Assembly (NCBI RefSeq): GCF_902459465.1 | Contig: NC_047080.1 | Span: 11,532,001 to 11,596,000 of the forward strand | Length of the DNA: 64,000 bases | Origin: Asterias rubens | Lineage: Eukaryota | Direction: 5' to 3' | In this document: piece by piece, positions 40,201-50,592 of the stretch | Position numbering within the stretch: the first letter of the stretch is position 1 | Layout of the letters: the number at the start of each line of letters is the position of its first letter | Translations under genes and position numbers: made by a program | Notes under the pieces: model-generated | The model's input: the letters and a program-made list of their open reading frames with translations, nothing else | What the model was told of the DNA's origin: nothing | The model's database searches: none

Positions 40201-43200
40201 TCTACTTACCAGCTCCTGCTGCCAAGCCTTTCAGTGGATCTTTTGCACTTGTTATCAAATCACACGAAGCCTGGATGAGAAAAATTAAAATCCATGTCAA
40301 AGACCAACAATCATGCTTTTTTAGCATTCATTTAGATAGATCTCCCATCAAGTTTGTGTTCTTTCTTTTCCTTTTCAAAGCTTGCCGTATGAAGTTACAA
40401 TACCTTGTGAACTTTCAGGTACAATGTGTAAACTCATTTGGGATGAGTCTTGGCTCTAAAAAGAGTCATTAGTGTGGTCTTGGTGGGTCGAACAGTGTAC
40501 TCTGCTGCTCTTCAGAAGAATAAAAAGCTTGGGTTTTAGCACACACTTGACTCAAATTCTCCACCAACCTTCTACACATTTTATTTAAAACCAAAGTTCT
40601 GCCTTACCAAAGCAGGCCTAACTATATATGTAACTTATAAACGTGCATGTCAAGTAAAACTCTTTTGGGAGATGTGTTGGCTCTAAAAGAAGAGTTGCCA
40701 GAACTGTCTTCATGGTTTGACCAGTATTTACTCTGCTCGTTTTCAGGAGAATGAAAATCTTGGCATTCATCACAAGCTCCATGGTAACATCCATGCTGGT
40801 TGAACTTGCCCCCTGTTAGCCTTTCTTCTCAACCCACCCTTCCGTAATGTTTCCCTTTTCTTGTTTTTTTTTCAACTGAAGAGAAAACATAGAAACTTAC
40901 GCTGACAGGCCACGCTGGTAGCTGCCCCAAGAATGACGCAGGGTATGGGTAATTCACCATTGCCATACTAGTAAAGGCATTCCGGACCCAGCCTTGCAGA
41001 TGAGCTATTTGTGTCTTGTCTTGTAGAGGTTTGCAAAGTTTGAACGCTGATGAGATCTCATTGAGACCTGGAGTAACAAAAGAGTTAACCCTTTGTGAAG
41101 TCTTTGCGCTGAATGTCACATCAAATAATAATAATAGTTGCTTCTTGAAAAAGATTCAAGTTAATCAAGCAGTGATGTTCATGGCACTCAAATTTACTTT
41201 CCCTTTCACTTGGCCATTTATTTTGTTCCAGCAATCTCAGCACCCTAGGGAGTATGGCCTGTGCTGCTAAGTATGTTGCACAATCAATCAGAAAAGTCAC
41301 CTCAGCCTACCCAGGTACCCATTAAATCCTAGGTGAAGAGAAGCAATTGCATTTAAGTATTACCCACGCCCTAATGACTCAGTGCACTAGCCCACTCGGC
41401 TACAACACAACATTATTTCAGAGAAGCTTTGAAACTATGGAAAGAATTGCAAAATTATGACAGAATCTCTTCAGATTTAATCTCTCTTCATCATCAACTC
41501 TTTACAGAACCAACACAAATTTTGTGAGTTCTAGCATGATATTTCCATAGGCCTACCTTTTATTCCCTGATCAGCGAGCTCATTTAATGTGATGAATGCT
41601 TGTCTGATGGTAGAGACACAAGCTTTCCCAGTTGTGCCACTTCCGAATGACTGAAACAAAGAAAAAATTACCTTGATTTTAATATCATTTCAACCTGTCA
41701 GATAGATGATATGGAGACATTTAAACAAGTTTGTCGCAGTAATTGCCAATAATGTCAATTGATCTTGTCATCGTCAACATCCAATTGAAAAGTTTTAACT
41801 CTTAGAACTTGGAGAAGTTTACAGTATTGCCATGTGAAAATCTCTTTTGACTAGTTTTGGTTCTGAAAAGAACCGGTAGTTGACAACTCAACGTTTCGAT
41901 CAGTATGCTGTGATTGTCTATAGCAAAGGTTCAAATCAAGCAGTTTTACGAAATCCATACGAATGGCACTAAGTTTTCTCTTACTTTGGTGACATCTTCA
42001 AAGAAGTAACTCTGAGATCCTTGTCCAGCAACTGAATAAATGGGTGCACTGGACGCTATAGCACCATCAACAGTGTTGGGGTATTTGAATCGCATGTATG
42101 CACTCAACATGCCTCCATAACTGCAGTCAAATTTATACAAAACATTATGAGAGAGTTATCACCCATTAAGTGAAATGTTTCGGGGTTTGTAAAATATACA
42201 CTAAACTTTAAAACCTACCATGGTTCATGATGAATAACTTTCAATTTTGGGCACTTTTAAACAATTGTCCAGGAATGTCATTTTTTTAATTTTAGTGATC
42301 TTTTCTTTGATGCGTGGGTGTCTTAAAGATCTTTTCTGTTCTGGTAAATTTTCAGATTTTACTTGAAAAGTAACCCTTTTTTAAGTTTTTAATATCTCCT
42401 AGGACTTTTCCAAAGTAAGTTAGGACTAGTCCTAACTCTTTGTGAAATCGACCCCAGTACTTTTTAGCTGATAATAAAACCTTTCAGGTGAACAAAAGAC
42501 AATTTAACTGTGTTTATACCTTCCTCCAAATGTGACTACTTTGCACTCTGGACACTTGAGCTCTTGTTTCAAGAATAAGATGAGTTCAGCATAATCTGCA
42601 AGTGCCTGCTCGATGGTTAGTAGACCAAGATTCTCAGGGATGAATGAATCATTACCAAAGGGTAGAGTCTCTCCGTAGAAACGCTGAATTGAGAGGCGAG
42701 GTACACAAGAAATAAAACGGATAGTGATGTTGTGATGATTTAGTTATGCATAAGGGGGGTTGATAAAGCCTGGTTCATACTTCCTACGAATGCAAATTTT
42801 AATGTCACAAATTAGCAAGGGAATAATTTGGAAGAGTTGAGTTGTGTTTAACTGCTGGGAAATATTACGCAGCCGTGACATCAAAATTTGTGTTGCAAAC
42901 ACCTTCACAGGAAGTATGAACAAGGCTTTATGGTGTGCTGCCCATTGGAACCTGGCTGGAGCATTCAATTAGTGTCCCATACAGTACAGTATCTGACTCT
43001 GAGAATTCCGAGAATCTATTAAAAAAGGTTTGTTCAACAAATTTGTTTGACCGGCCTTACGACAACAAAATCAAGCAGGGAACTTTTAATTTCCCTTGTG
43101 ACTCATTGATATTTTAAGTAAATTCTTAAAAAGTATGATACTACTAGGGGCGGTCGGCGTTGAATAGTTTACTTACATGCTCAGCAAATACAAGGAGAGC

Positions 43201-43865
43201 CCTGAACTCAGGAGCAATGTCAAACATCAAACCTGTGTTTTCAAGAAAGCTTGTGATTGGCCCTTCATTACCAGTGTAGAAGAAAATTGGACCTTTGCCA
43301 ATACTCCAGTGTTGATCTACAAAAACAGAAGAAAACAGGTGGAAACATCAATATAATTAAAAAGGTGTTGGAGGAAAACTCATATTTTATGATAGAGAAA
43401 ATCGTAGAAAATCCACGGGGATGCCACCACGCAGCCAAACAAATCCACACGCAAGGGCTGTCATGGAATCGAACCGGACCACAGCCATGACAGAGTCATA
43501 GACTCATAGGTGAAATGCAGGAACAAGTACCACTATGAGCCATGGTTTAGACATTTATTCCAATATTGGCAACAACAAACATTTTTTTATTATTTTTAAA
43601 GCAAAAACTGTGAAGTGACAGACAGAACTTGGTTGACGATAGGAAAACAGAAATATGATGATGATATGTATTATGACTCTATAGTATGAGACTCACCCGA
43701 AACCAAATATCGTTGTTTGAACGTGTTGTTGCCATGGCTTGCAAAGTTAAAATGGTCAATCATCTGATCAAAGTATTGTGTCTTATATGGATAAACTGCT
43801 GTACAAGAACTTAACAAAGAAATAAGCAAAAATGCCAGCAAAGAAACTGCAAAAAGACGAAACAT
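37273..43865 (-). CDS. DPP7: Dipeptidyl peptidase 2 / DPP7 (serine peptidase family S28), 476 aa, with signal peptide
   Basis: Exons 43865-43697, 43316-43177, 42683-42520, 42120-41985, 41650-41557, 41067-40901, 40270-40210, 38991-38870, 38455-38299, 37803-37665, 37354-37273 (1431 nt, GT-AG, in frame). Motifs: FFYTGNEG, AEHRFYG, GGSYGG (nucleophile Ser), NGALDPW (Asp), GAHHLDLR (His). CTDPTGCGLGNSAKAWDWQ and NNVTDMFP favour DPP7 over PRCP. Confidence 0.93.
37955..38175. mobile_element. Element with two divergent tRNA-like heads (relatives 21790-22012, 16390-16525, 63725-63835)
   Basis: Minus-strand ATAGCTCAGTTGGTTGAGCGCTGG and plus-strand ATAGCTCAGATGGTAGAGTGCTGG flank a shared core TCTCCC.ATTTTGT.AA.A.CTT.GTTCA.GGGTGCCAGT.AGAAG. 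Confidence 0.65.
39053..39422. mobile_element. MITE family A copy between DPP7 exon 8 and its duplicate
   Basis: TTAAAGGCATTGGACACTATTGGTAG ... AATTACCAAACGTGTCAAGTGCCTTTAA. Confidence 0.8.
39526..39629 (-). pseudogene. Duplicated, internally frameshifted copy of DPP7 exon 8 (pseudo-exon or alternative exon)
   Basis: Clear homology to 38870-38991, with a 22-nt deletion and a 4-nt insertion. The AG and GT boundaries and a similar upstream intron flank are retained. Confidence 0.85.
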
Positions 43866-44004
43866 TTTGGATCGTGTTTACTCGACTGAGAGCGAGCTGC
43901 AAGATTTCATTGTCACATGATTTTGTCAGGTGATTGCGTTGAATATTTTAAAACGTACTACGGAAGTGGCCGACCCTGTTTTTTCTATTACAATAAAGGA
44001 CTCA

Positions 44005-44053
44005 GTTCGACAGAGGGCGCAGAGGGCGCAGAGAGGTGCGCCCTCTGTCGAAC
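44005..44053. promoter_or_regulatory. 16-bp perfect inverted repeat containing AGAGGGCGC motifs, ~140 bp upstream of the DPP7 ATG
   Basis: GTTCGACAGAGGGCGC-AGAGGGCGCAGAGAGGT-GCGCCCTCTGTCGAAC. The regulatory role is inferred from position only. Confidence 0.45.
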
Positions 44054-46826
44054 AATAATAATGGCACAGTGACCTGCCATAGGGTTCTAATCCAACCCAA
44101 GTAAATGTCAGTGATTTCTTTACAGAACTCGGGACAGTATAACAGTGCTAATGTAATGTTATTTAGCCATATATGGTGTTAGGAAACAACCAAGTATTAA
44201 TTAATATTCTTTATCCCCGATGCAAATTAAATTAACATAATGGTAATAAAGACAAAAGATAATATATACCTGTTCTATTGTCAAAGACCTGTATTTTTAT
44301 TCTCACTTGGTGTATACCATATGCCCAAGCATAAAATAATGCAAATTTTATGCGATGGGGGTTTCGATTTGTTTTAGACATGTTGGAAAGAGTTTTCCTG
44401 TAAAATAATTTCAGACATGAGGATTGATGCTCACAATATTAAATCAATTAAATCAATAGTTTTCGAGCAGAATATTGTATAAAAATATCAAAGGGCATCA
44501 CAGATCGATTATCTGTAATTTCACGCAATTCAAGTATCACTTTGTTTTTATAATAATTATTGAGCTACTGCACACATCTGTGACATATACCACTCGGTTT
44601 GACGCCATAGTACTGTGGGTAAACCGCGGTAAGGGACTCGATCATCAAGTGGAGGCAGGGCGGTTTTCAGTTGACACTATGTTCTAAGACTAAGCCCAAC
44701 TTTACAACATTGTAGGCAGAAAATCCTGCTTGAAAAAAATACTTTGTTAACCAAACGTTGACTTGGGCACCAGTTGCAACAGTGTAAACTTTAATGATGT
44801 TTTGCTCTGTGCTTATCACATATTTTGTGCTTACAGGCTTTATGAAATTGGGCCGAAAAAACTGGAACGATTGGCATGTCGGGTGCAATACAGCATCGGT
44901 TTTCATTACGCACATGAGCCTAGGACCCCAATTAGGAAGAGTGACCCCTGGTGTTTATGTGCACCAAGCAATCGCCCGCGTTTGCGGGTTGGTTTCCTTA
45001 TATTTTATAAGACATCATGTTTACCAGAAAGAAGAAAACAAATTTGAAACTGCAATTCCTGTTCCAATACATTATACTTATAAAACAGGATACCGATCGA
45101 AATTTTCTGTTCCACACTTGATTTGGTCGCAATAAAGGAAACTCATTATTTGAAAAACAGTATACATGTAGATGGTTATGTTGCCACAATAAGATCTCTA
45201 AATGTAAATTATTAAACTTCTAGAAATGCCTATACACAGCGGCGGTGCCGCCCACTGCACCGGGATCCACCCAAAAGATAAAACAAGATCCCTCAATAAA
45301 AAATAATATAAACTGATGTTAATTAATTTCATAGATCGAGTGTCCTCGGATTGTTAGCCGGTATAGCCCACAGTTAAATATATTACTGAAAATTCAGAAA
45401 GTAGACCGGAAACTAATTAAGCGTGATACCGTCAATCAATTTTAGACCATTTTTTCAAATTTTTAATTAGTTGAATTTTCTAAGAAATAGGTTGCCTCAC
45501 GTTGGCGTTCAATTCGAAGGTCAGGGTTCTCCAGTTTGTGATGATGTCCAGTCCTTAGCGGTGTTGAGAGCTACAACCATCTGGTGTTTGCGCCTCTGCC
45601 GACTGGTCCTTTTCATAGCGGTCACTGCCCCGTTAGAGAGATGGAGCCTCGTAATGAGGTATTGTTATAAAAGAGTTACCAAACGCGTGCTGATCAACAG
45701 ATGTATGAATACGTTTCTCTGTGGTCATTCGTTGCATTCGGCTGTTCAGGAGAGCTCTGTATTGCTTTTCACTCTGTTCATCTTGGTACCTGCGTGATCT
45801 GTGTGCTATCACAGGTGAGTTTTGGTTTGGATGATTAGAACTGCATTATTTTATCCTGAAGACGATCAGAGCAAAGTGCTCGAAAAGTCTCGTAAAACAT
45901 ATAAGGTGCTACATAATTTTGGTCTCATAATTTTAAACAAGAAAATGTAAAAACCTGTCTTAGAATGTTTGTGTGTGTTCAAGCGCCTTGCGTATACGTT
46001 TTGGTTACTTACTTACGATGCATCAGTTATTTCCTATACAGTGTTTTTTTTCCTTCTATTGCCAAAGTTAAGAGAGAGTTTCATACGGTGTTATTGCAAA
46101 CCTGACTAGATTGAGCAAGAACGATTCATCACTGAAATTTAAAGTAATACATACGAATTTTTAAGTGTGAATTTGGTATTAACCATCCTAGTATAGGCCA
46201 TAAAAAAAAGTTAATATTCATTATCCCCGATGCAAATTTTAGTATTATGATATGATACATGTTACGACGTTTTGCACGCCGGTGGTCGAACTTGTTTGGT
46301 CCTGGCAAAACTTGAAAATATTAAAAACTTTGGACGTCAAAACATTGTCAACAATTTTGATAATTAAGTTCAGTCCTTGGTGAAAGATGTCTCCTGATAT
46401 TATAATAATGACGACAAGTGGCAGGCAACATTTCATAACACACTCAATCATATCTTACTTCCACCATGCAAAGTTTCAAATCCTACTCACACTCAATCAT
46501 ATAATCAACAGCAGATGGTGTGACGGGAGTCCGGTACTTCTCAACTCACTATTGTTTAAAAACAATAAAGTGAAGGTCTATATCATTTGGAATTGTTACA
46601 GTTTGGTCAAAGACACTGGACACATTCGGTAATTGTCAAAGACCAATATTTCTCACTTGGTGTATTCCAACATATGCATAAAATAACAAATCTGTAATTT
46701 TTTTACTCAATTGGTTATCGGAGTTGCAGAAAAAACACTTGCGTGTGTTTTTTGTGTGAAATTTCTTGACAGACCACCGTGTGCTATTTGCACCACTGTG
46801 AACAAAGAGGGCGCATGATTCAAATC

Positions 46827-46980
46827 ATAGACCTTATCGCAAATACCAATGCGCAAGCGCAGACTGTTGAATGAGGTGCATTGTGGGATAGATATGGATC
46901 AAAGTTTGATACCAGCAAGACCACAATGCACCTAATTCCAAGCTTTACGCGCGCGCCCCGGTATTTGCGATAAGGTCTAT
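46827..46980. mobile_element. ATAGACC-type MITE
   Basis: 21-bp perfect TIR ATAGACCTTATCGCAAATACC. Confidence 0.75.
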
Positions 46981-47090
46981 TCGCGTTTCTGGCGTGCCCG
47001 CAGCTGGACGTGAACTGGTTCGTCTCCGCTTGGAGGATCGGAAACACACAGAGGCTTTATTGGCTGTTAAGTCAACTTTTTAGTTTCTGT

Positions 47091-47325
47091 AAGTCGACTT
47101 GGTGAGATAAATTATGTCAGTTAGTCGACTGATCATTTTATCTAAGTCGACTTGGTGAGATGGATTATGTCAGTAAGTCGATTTACCATTTTATATAAGT
47201 CGACTTGGTGAGATAAATTATGTTGTTAAGTCAACTGATTGTTTTGAATAAGTCGACTTAGCAAGATAAAATATGTCGGTAAGTTAACTTATTCCACGAA
47301 ATAAGTCGTCTTGATGAGATAAAAT
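47091..47325. repeat. Degenerate 53-bp tandem repeat (about 4.5 units) built on the AAGTCGACTT palindrome
   Basis: AAGTCG(A/T)CTT recurs at 47091, 47144, 47197, 47250 and 47303 (period 53), with a half-period variant between them. Confidence 0.9.
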
Positions 47326-47847
47326 GGCACTCCTGGAGCTCCGTACACAGGGACAGTTGTAACAGAGGGAAAACTCCGGACTCGGGATTCTATACGCCAA
47401 ATCGTTTACACCCATATCTAAACCTAAATGTAGAGTCTTGAGCCCGCGAGTGAGCAGTGGTGCAAATAGTTTACTATTTTTCGACTCCGCTGATGTTCCG
47501 CTTGTAGTACAGGAGGCAAATTCATCATTACTTAAGAATAAAAACACAGTGTGTAGAGGTTGTTCTGTGCATGAATAAGGATTAAGGAGTAATTCCAAAC
47601 AGCAAAGTGTTGAGAGATTTGAAAGGAATTGTAAATATCAAAGAAAGTTAATTTTGCCAGACAACTTCCAGAGCTGTACTGTTGTTGTTTGGATGAGTGT
47701 GTTTGGCAACTCTTGTGTATCAATGGTCGTACTTAATCTAAGCCGACCAAGGTGTGTCAAATTAAACATGTAATCCCTTGAACCCACACTGCAACCATTG
47801 GATACCAATTCACAGGAATGGAACGAGAATCTACAAAATTACCATAT

Positions 47848-47958
47848 GGCCCTTTTCGAAACCACGACTCTTGTTTTGACAACAATATTGCGCGTGCTTT
47901 GCGTAGGCCTAACTCTGATGACGAATCCAAAGCCGAAACCGTGGGTTCGAAAAGGGCC
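47848..47958. mobile_element. Small MITE ~140 bp upstream of the uricase B start codon (relatives near 51065-51170 and 63400-63550)
   Basis: TIR GGCCCTTTTCGAA[A/C]CCACG (18/19); the interior ATTGCGCGT[G/A]CTTTGCGTAG is shared with the copy near 63460. Confidence 0.7.
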
Positions 47959-48095
47959 TTTGATTACAATTAGTTGTTGGTTGTGACGTCATGAGGTCTT
48001 TACGTAAGGCAGACCATTGACATAAACAAAACAAAAATTCCATACATTTTTTCAGAGTTGTAACATTTTCGTCAAGCCTCCGCTACCAGCTTAGA

Positions 48096-50592
48096 ATGGC
48101 CAACGGTCATTTTACAGATGTGGACTACGTCTTAGACGGGACTAATGTGGGCAAGACGCACGTTCGTCTACTCCAGCATCGACGTCTTGGTGCCCACAAA
48201 CACGAGATTCAAGAACTGCTGGTCAACACGAGCTTATCTTGGGACACACACAAGGAGTTCGAGCACAGCGATAATTCTGACGTCATACCAACGGACTCAC
48301 AGAAAAACACCGTGTATGCACAGGCCAAGATCATAGGGGTGGGTTTCCTTGGTGATTACTCAAAACTAAATAAGTATACAAACTAACTTCGAAGGGATTT
48401 TATTGAATTTTGGAGATAAATCCCTTCTAAGGAATGCAGTTTTTGAGAAGAGGATTTAAAAAAAAATTCAATAAAAAACGTTTCATGCATGAAATTTTTC
48501 TCATTAATTACTGTGTTTTCCAATGACGATTTATCAGAACCATCATCACTCCATCAAAGAGATTTACCTACATGGAGTCACTGCAATGATATTTATTAGT
48601 ATCCTTCTATCATGCAAACCTTGAAGTCTTATATTGAACTTCATCAAAGTTAATTAATTTTAGATTTTACTTATTTTGATGAAATGTGTTTGAAACATTC
48701 TCCAAAGATTACAACTCCGGAACAGTTTGCGATAGCTCTCTGTGAGCACTTCTTGAAGACGTACAGCCAAGTCGTCAGGGCAGAGATATACGTAGAACAA
48801 GCTCCATGGAGAAGGATGGATCAATCTGGTGAACAGCACGCCCATGCATTCATCCAGACTCAAGAGGCTACACGTTACTGTGTGATCAGGCAGGAGAGAG
48901 ACGGTAAGGGGGTGGGGATCGATGGTAGACATTGCACATTGCAGTTAATCAATTCGAAGTCTTAGAGACGTCGAGACTCACGACTTGGCATATACACTGC
49001 TAACACGTTAGTGTTATTGACATCATGGGTGTTGCCACATTGTAGATACCAACAATTTTCAGAGGGTTTCCTTAAGACCCTCTGAAAATTATTGGTATCA
49101 ACAATTCCTGTCCAATCATCATAAAAATCTTTATGATATTAATTTAGCTACCGGGCAACCTTGGTAGTCTAGTTGGTAAGACACTGCTCTAGAATTGCAA
49201 GGGTCATGGGTTCGAATCCCACCGAGTAACATGCCTGTGATATTTTTTTCACAGGACTCGGGAAAGTACTGAGTATACAGTGCTAACACACATCGGTGTA
49301 TGGGTAAAAACCAAAATTGATATTATTTTTTATTCCCTCTTCGGTGTGCATGTATGTGACAATACTCAATAATGGTGTCAATTTTAACACATATGCTTTG
49401 CACTGCATACATATCGTTGGTGACTGAGCAAATAAACTAAACCTCACATTAATTCTTCCACAGAACTTCCCACAGTGTGGGGAGGTTTAAAAAACATGAA
49501 AATCATGAAAACCACACAGTCTGGCTTTGCTGGTTTTGTCCGAGATGAGTTTACAAGCCTACCAGACACAACTGATCGTATATTTTGCACGGATGTCTGG
49601 ACAAAATGGCGATACTCGGTCAGCTCAGGAATCGACTTTGACGAAACTTGGTAAGGTTTATTTATTTATTTTTTGTTTTACCTCCTGCCCCCTTGATTCG
49701 CCTGAGAGTAACGCTAATCAGATTCAAAATTGTGTACATAAAAACTGATATCTTTTTCCATAACTACATTACTTCAAAGTGAAATTTTTTTCAAAATGCT
49801 TTATACTGTCGAGGGCTGCTGTATAGGCTTTTTTATCAAAAAAAAATGTGCATTGTCTGTTTTAAGAGTGATTAACAACGGCCCTCGAAGCTTCCATTGA
49901 AGTATGACTCTTGGAATCTGATTGAGGAGTATTCACTTTGCTTTTGATTTGCAGGAAAACATGTAAGGAAAGTATTTTGAACGTCTTCGCTGGATCTCCA
50001 GACACTGGCGACTATTCTCCTTCGATCCAAAGAACCATGTATCTATCAGTGCATAAAATGCTAGAGATGGTATCCCAGGTATGTTGGAAGTGTCATGACA
50101 CATTATCGGAACTTTTTTTGAAAATGGCGCTGCTTTTCGTAATTTTCTTTGAATGATTTGGTTATGAACTTTAAATACATGTGTCTCTTAATTACAGATT
50201 GGCAAAGAAAGGCCGCTAGGCGTACATCTTTGGTTGGACTTTGGTAATGCCTTCTGGCTTCAGGCCGTCTTTAAATCCATAAAAATATCGCATATCCTTG
50301 TTTTGACTTTTCATTTTTCCTCATCTAGATTGATGAAATTGAACTGGAAATGCCGAATGTTCATTACTTTTTAGCCGACATCATGAAACTGGGAATGAAA
50401 AATGACGGAGAGGTAAGTTTATAGGCGGCAAAAAAATATAATAAGGGAAAAGTCTGCTGCCACCTAGCGTCAAAAAAGTCCCCTAATTAATGGTTTTGAT
50501 TGTTTTTGTGTTTGTAGGTAATGATGCCAACAGGTTATCCACACGGGATGATCCGATTGGCTGTCCGTCGACCAACTGGTGACAAAGTGTGA
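48096..50592 (+). CDS. UOX: Uricase copy B, 302 aa, no C-terminal PTS1 (ends TGDKV)
   Basis: Exons 48096-48338, 48708-48903, 49464-49650, 49955-50078, 50329-50412, 50518-50592 (909 nt). Exons 2-6 have the same lengths as in copy A (196/187/124/84/75). Motifs: VGKTHVR, VIPTDSQKNT, MKTTQSGFAGF, FTSLPDTTDRIFCT, YSPSIQRTMY, MPNVHY. Confidence 0.97.
49145..49320 (+). mobile_element. Copy of the same tRNA-derived SINE-like family (uricase B intron 2)
   Basis: GGTAGTCTAGTTGGTAAGACACTGCTCTAGAATTGCAAGGGTCATGGGTTCGAATCCC...CACAGGACTCGGGAAAGTACTGAGTATACAGTGCTA matches 26665-27147. Confidence 0.85.

Noticed and set aside
45780-45820. Strong donor CAG|GTGAGT at ~45813 suggesting an upstream non-coding exon of uricase B
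   Set aside because: An isolated donor-like motif with no supportable promoter or matching acceptor; transcript data are needed.
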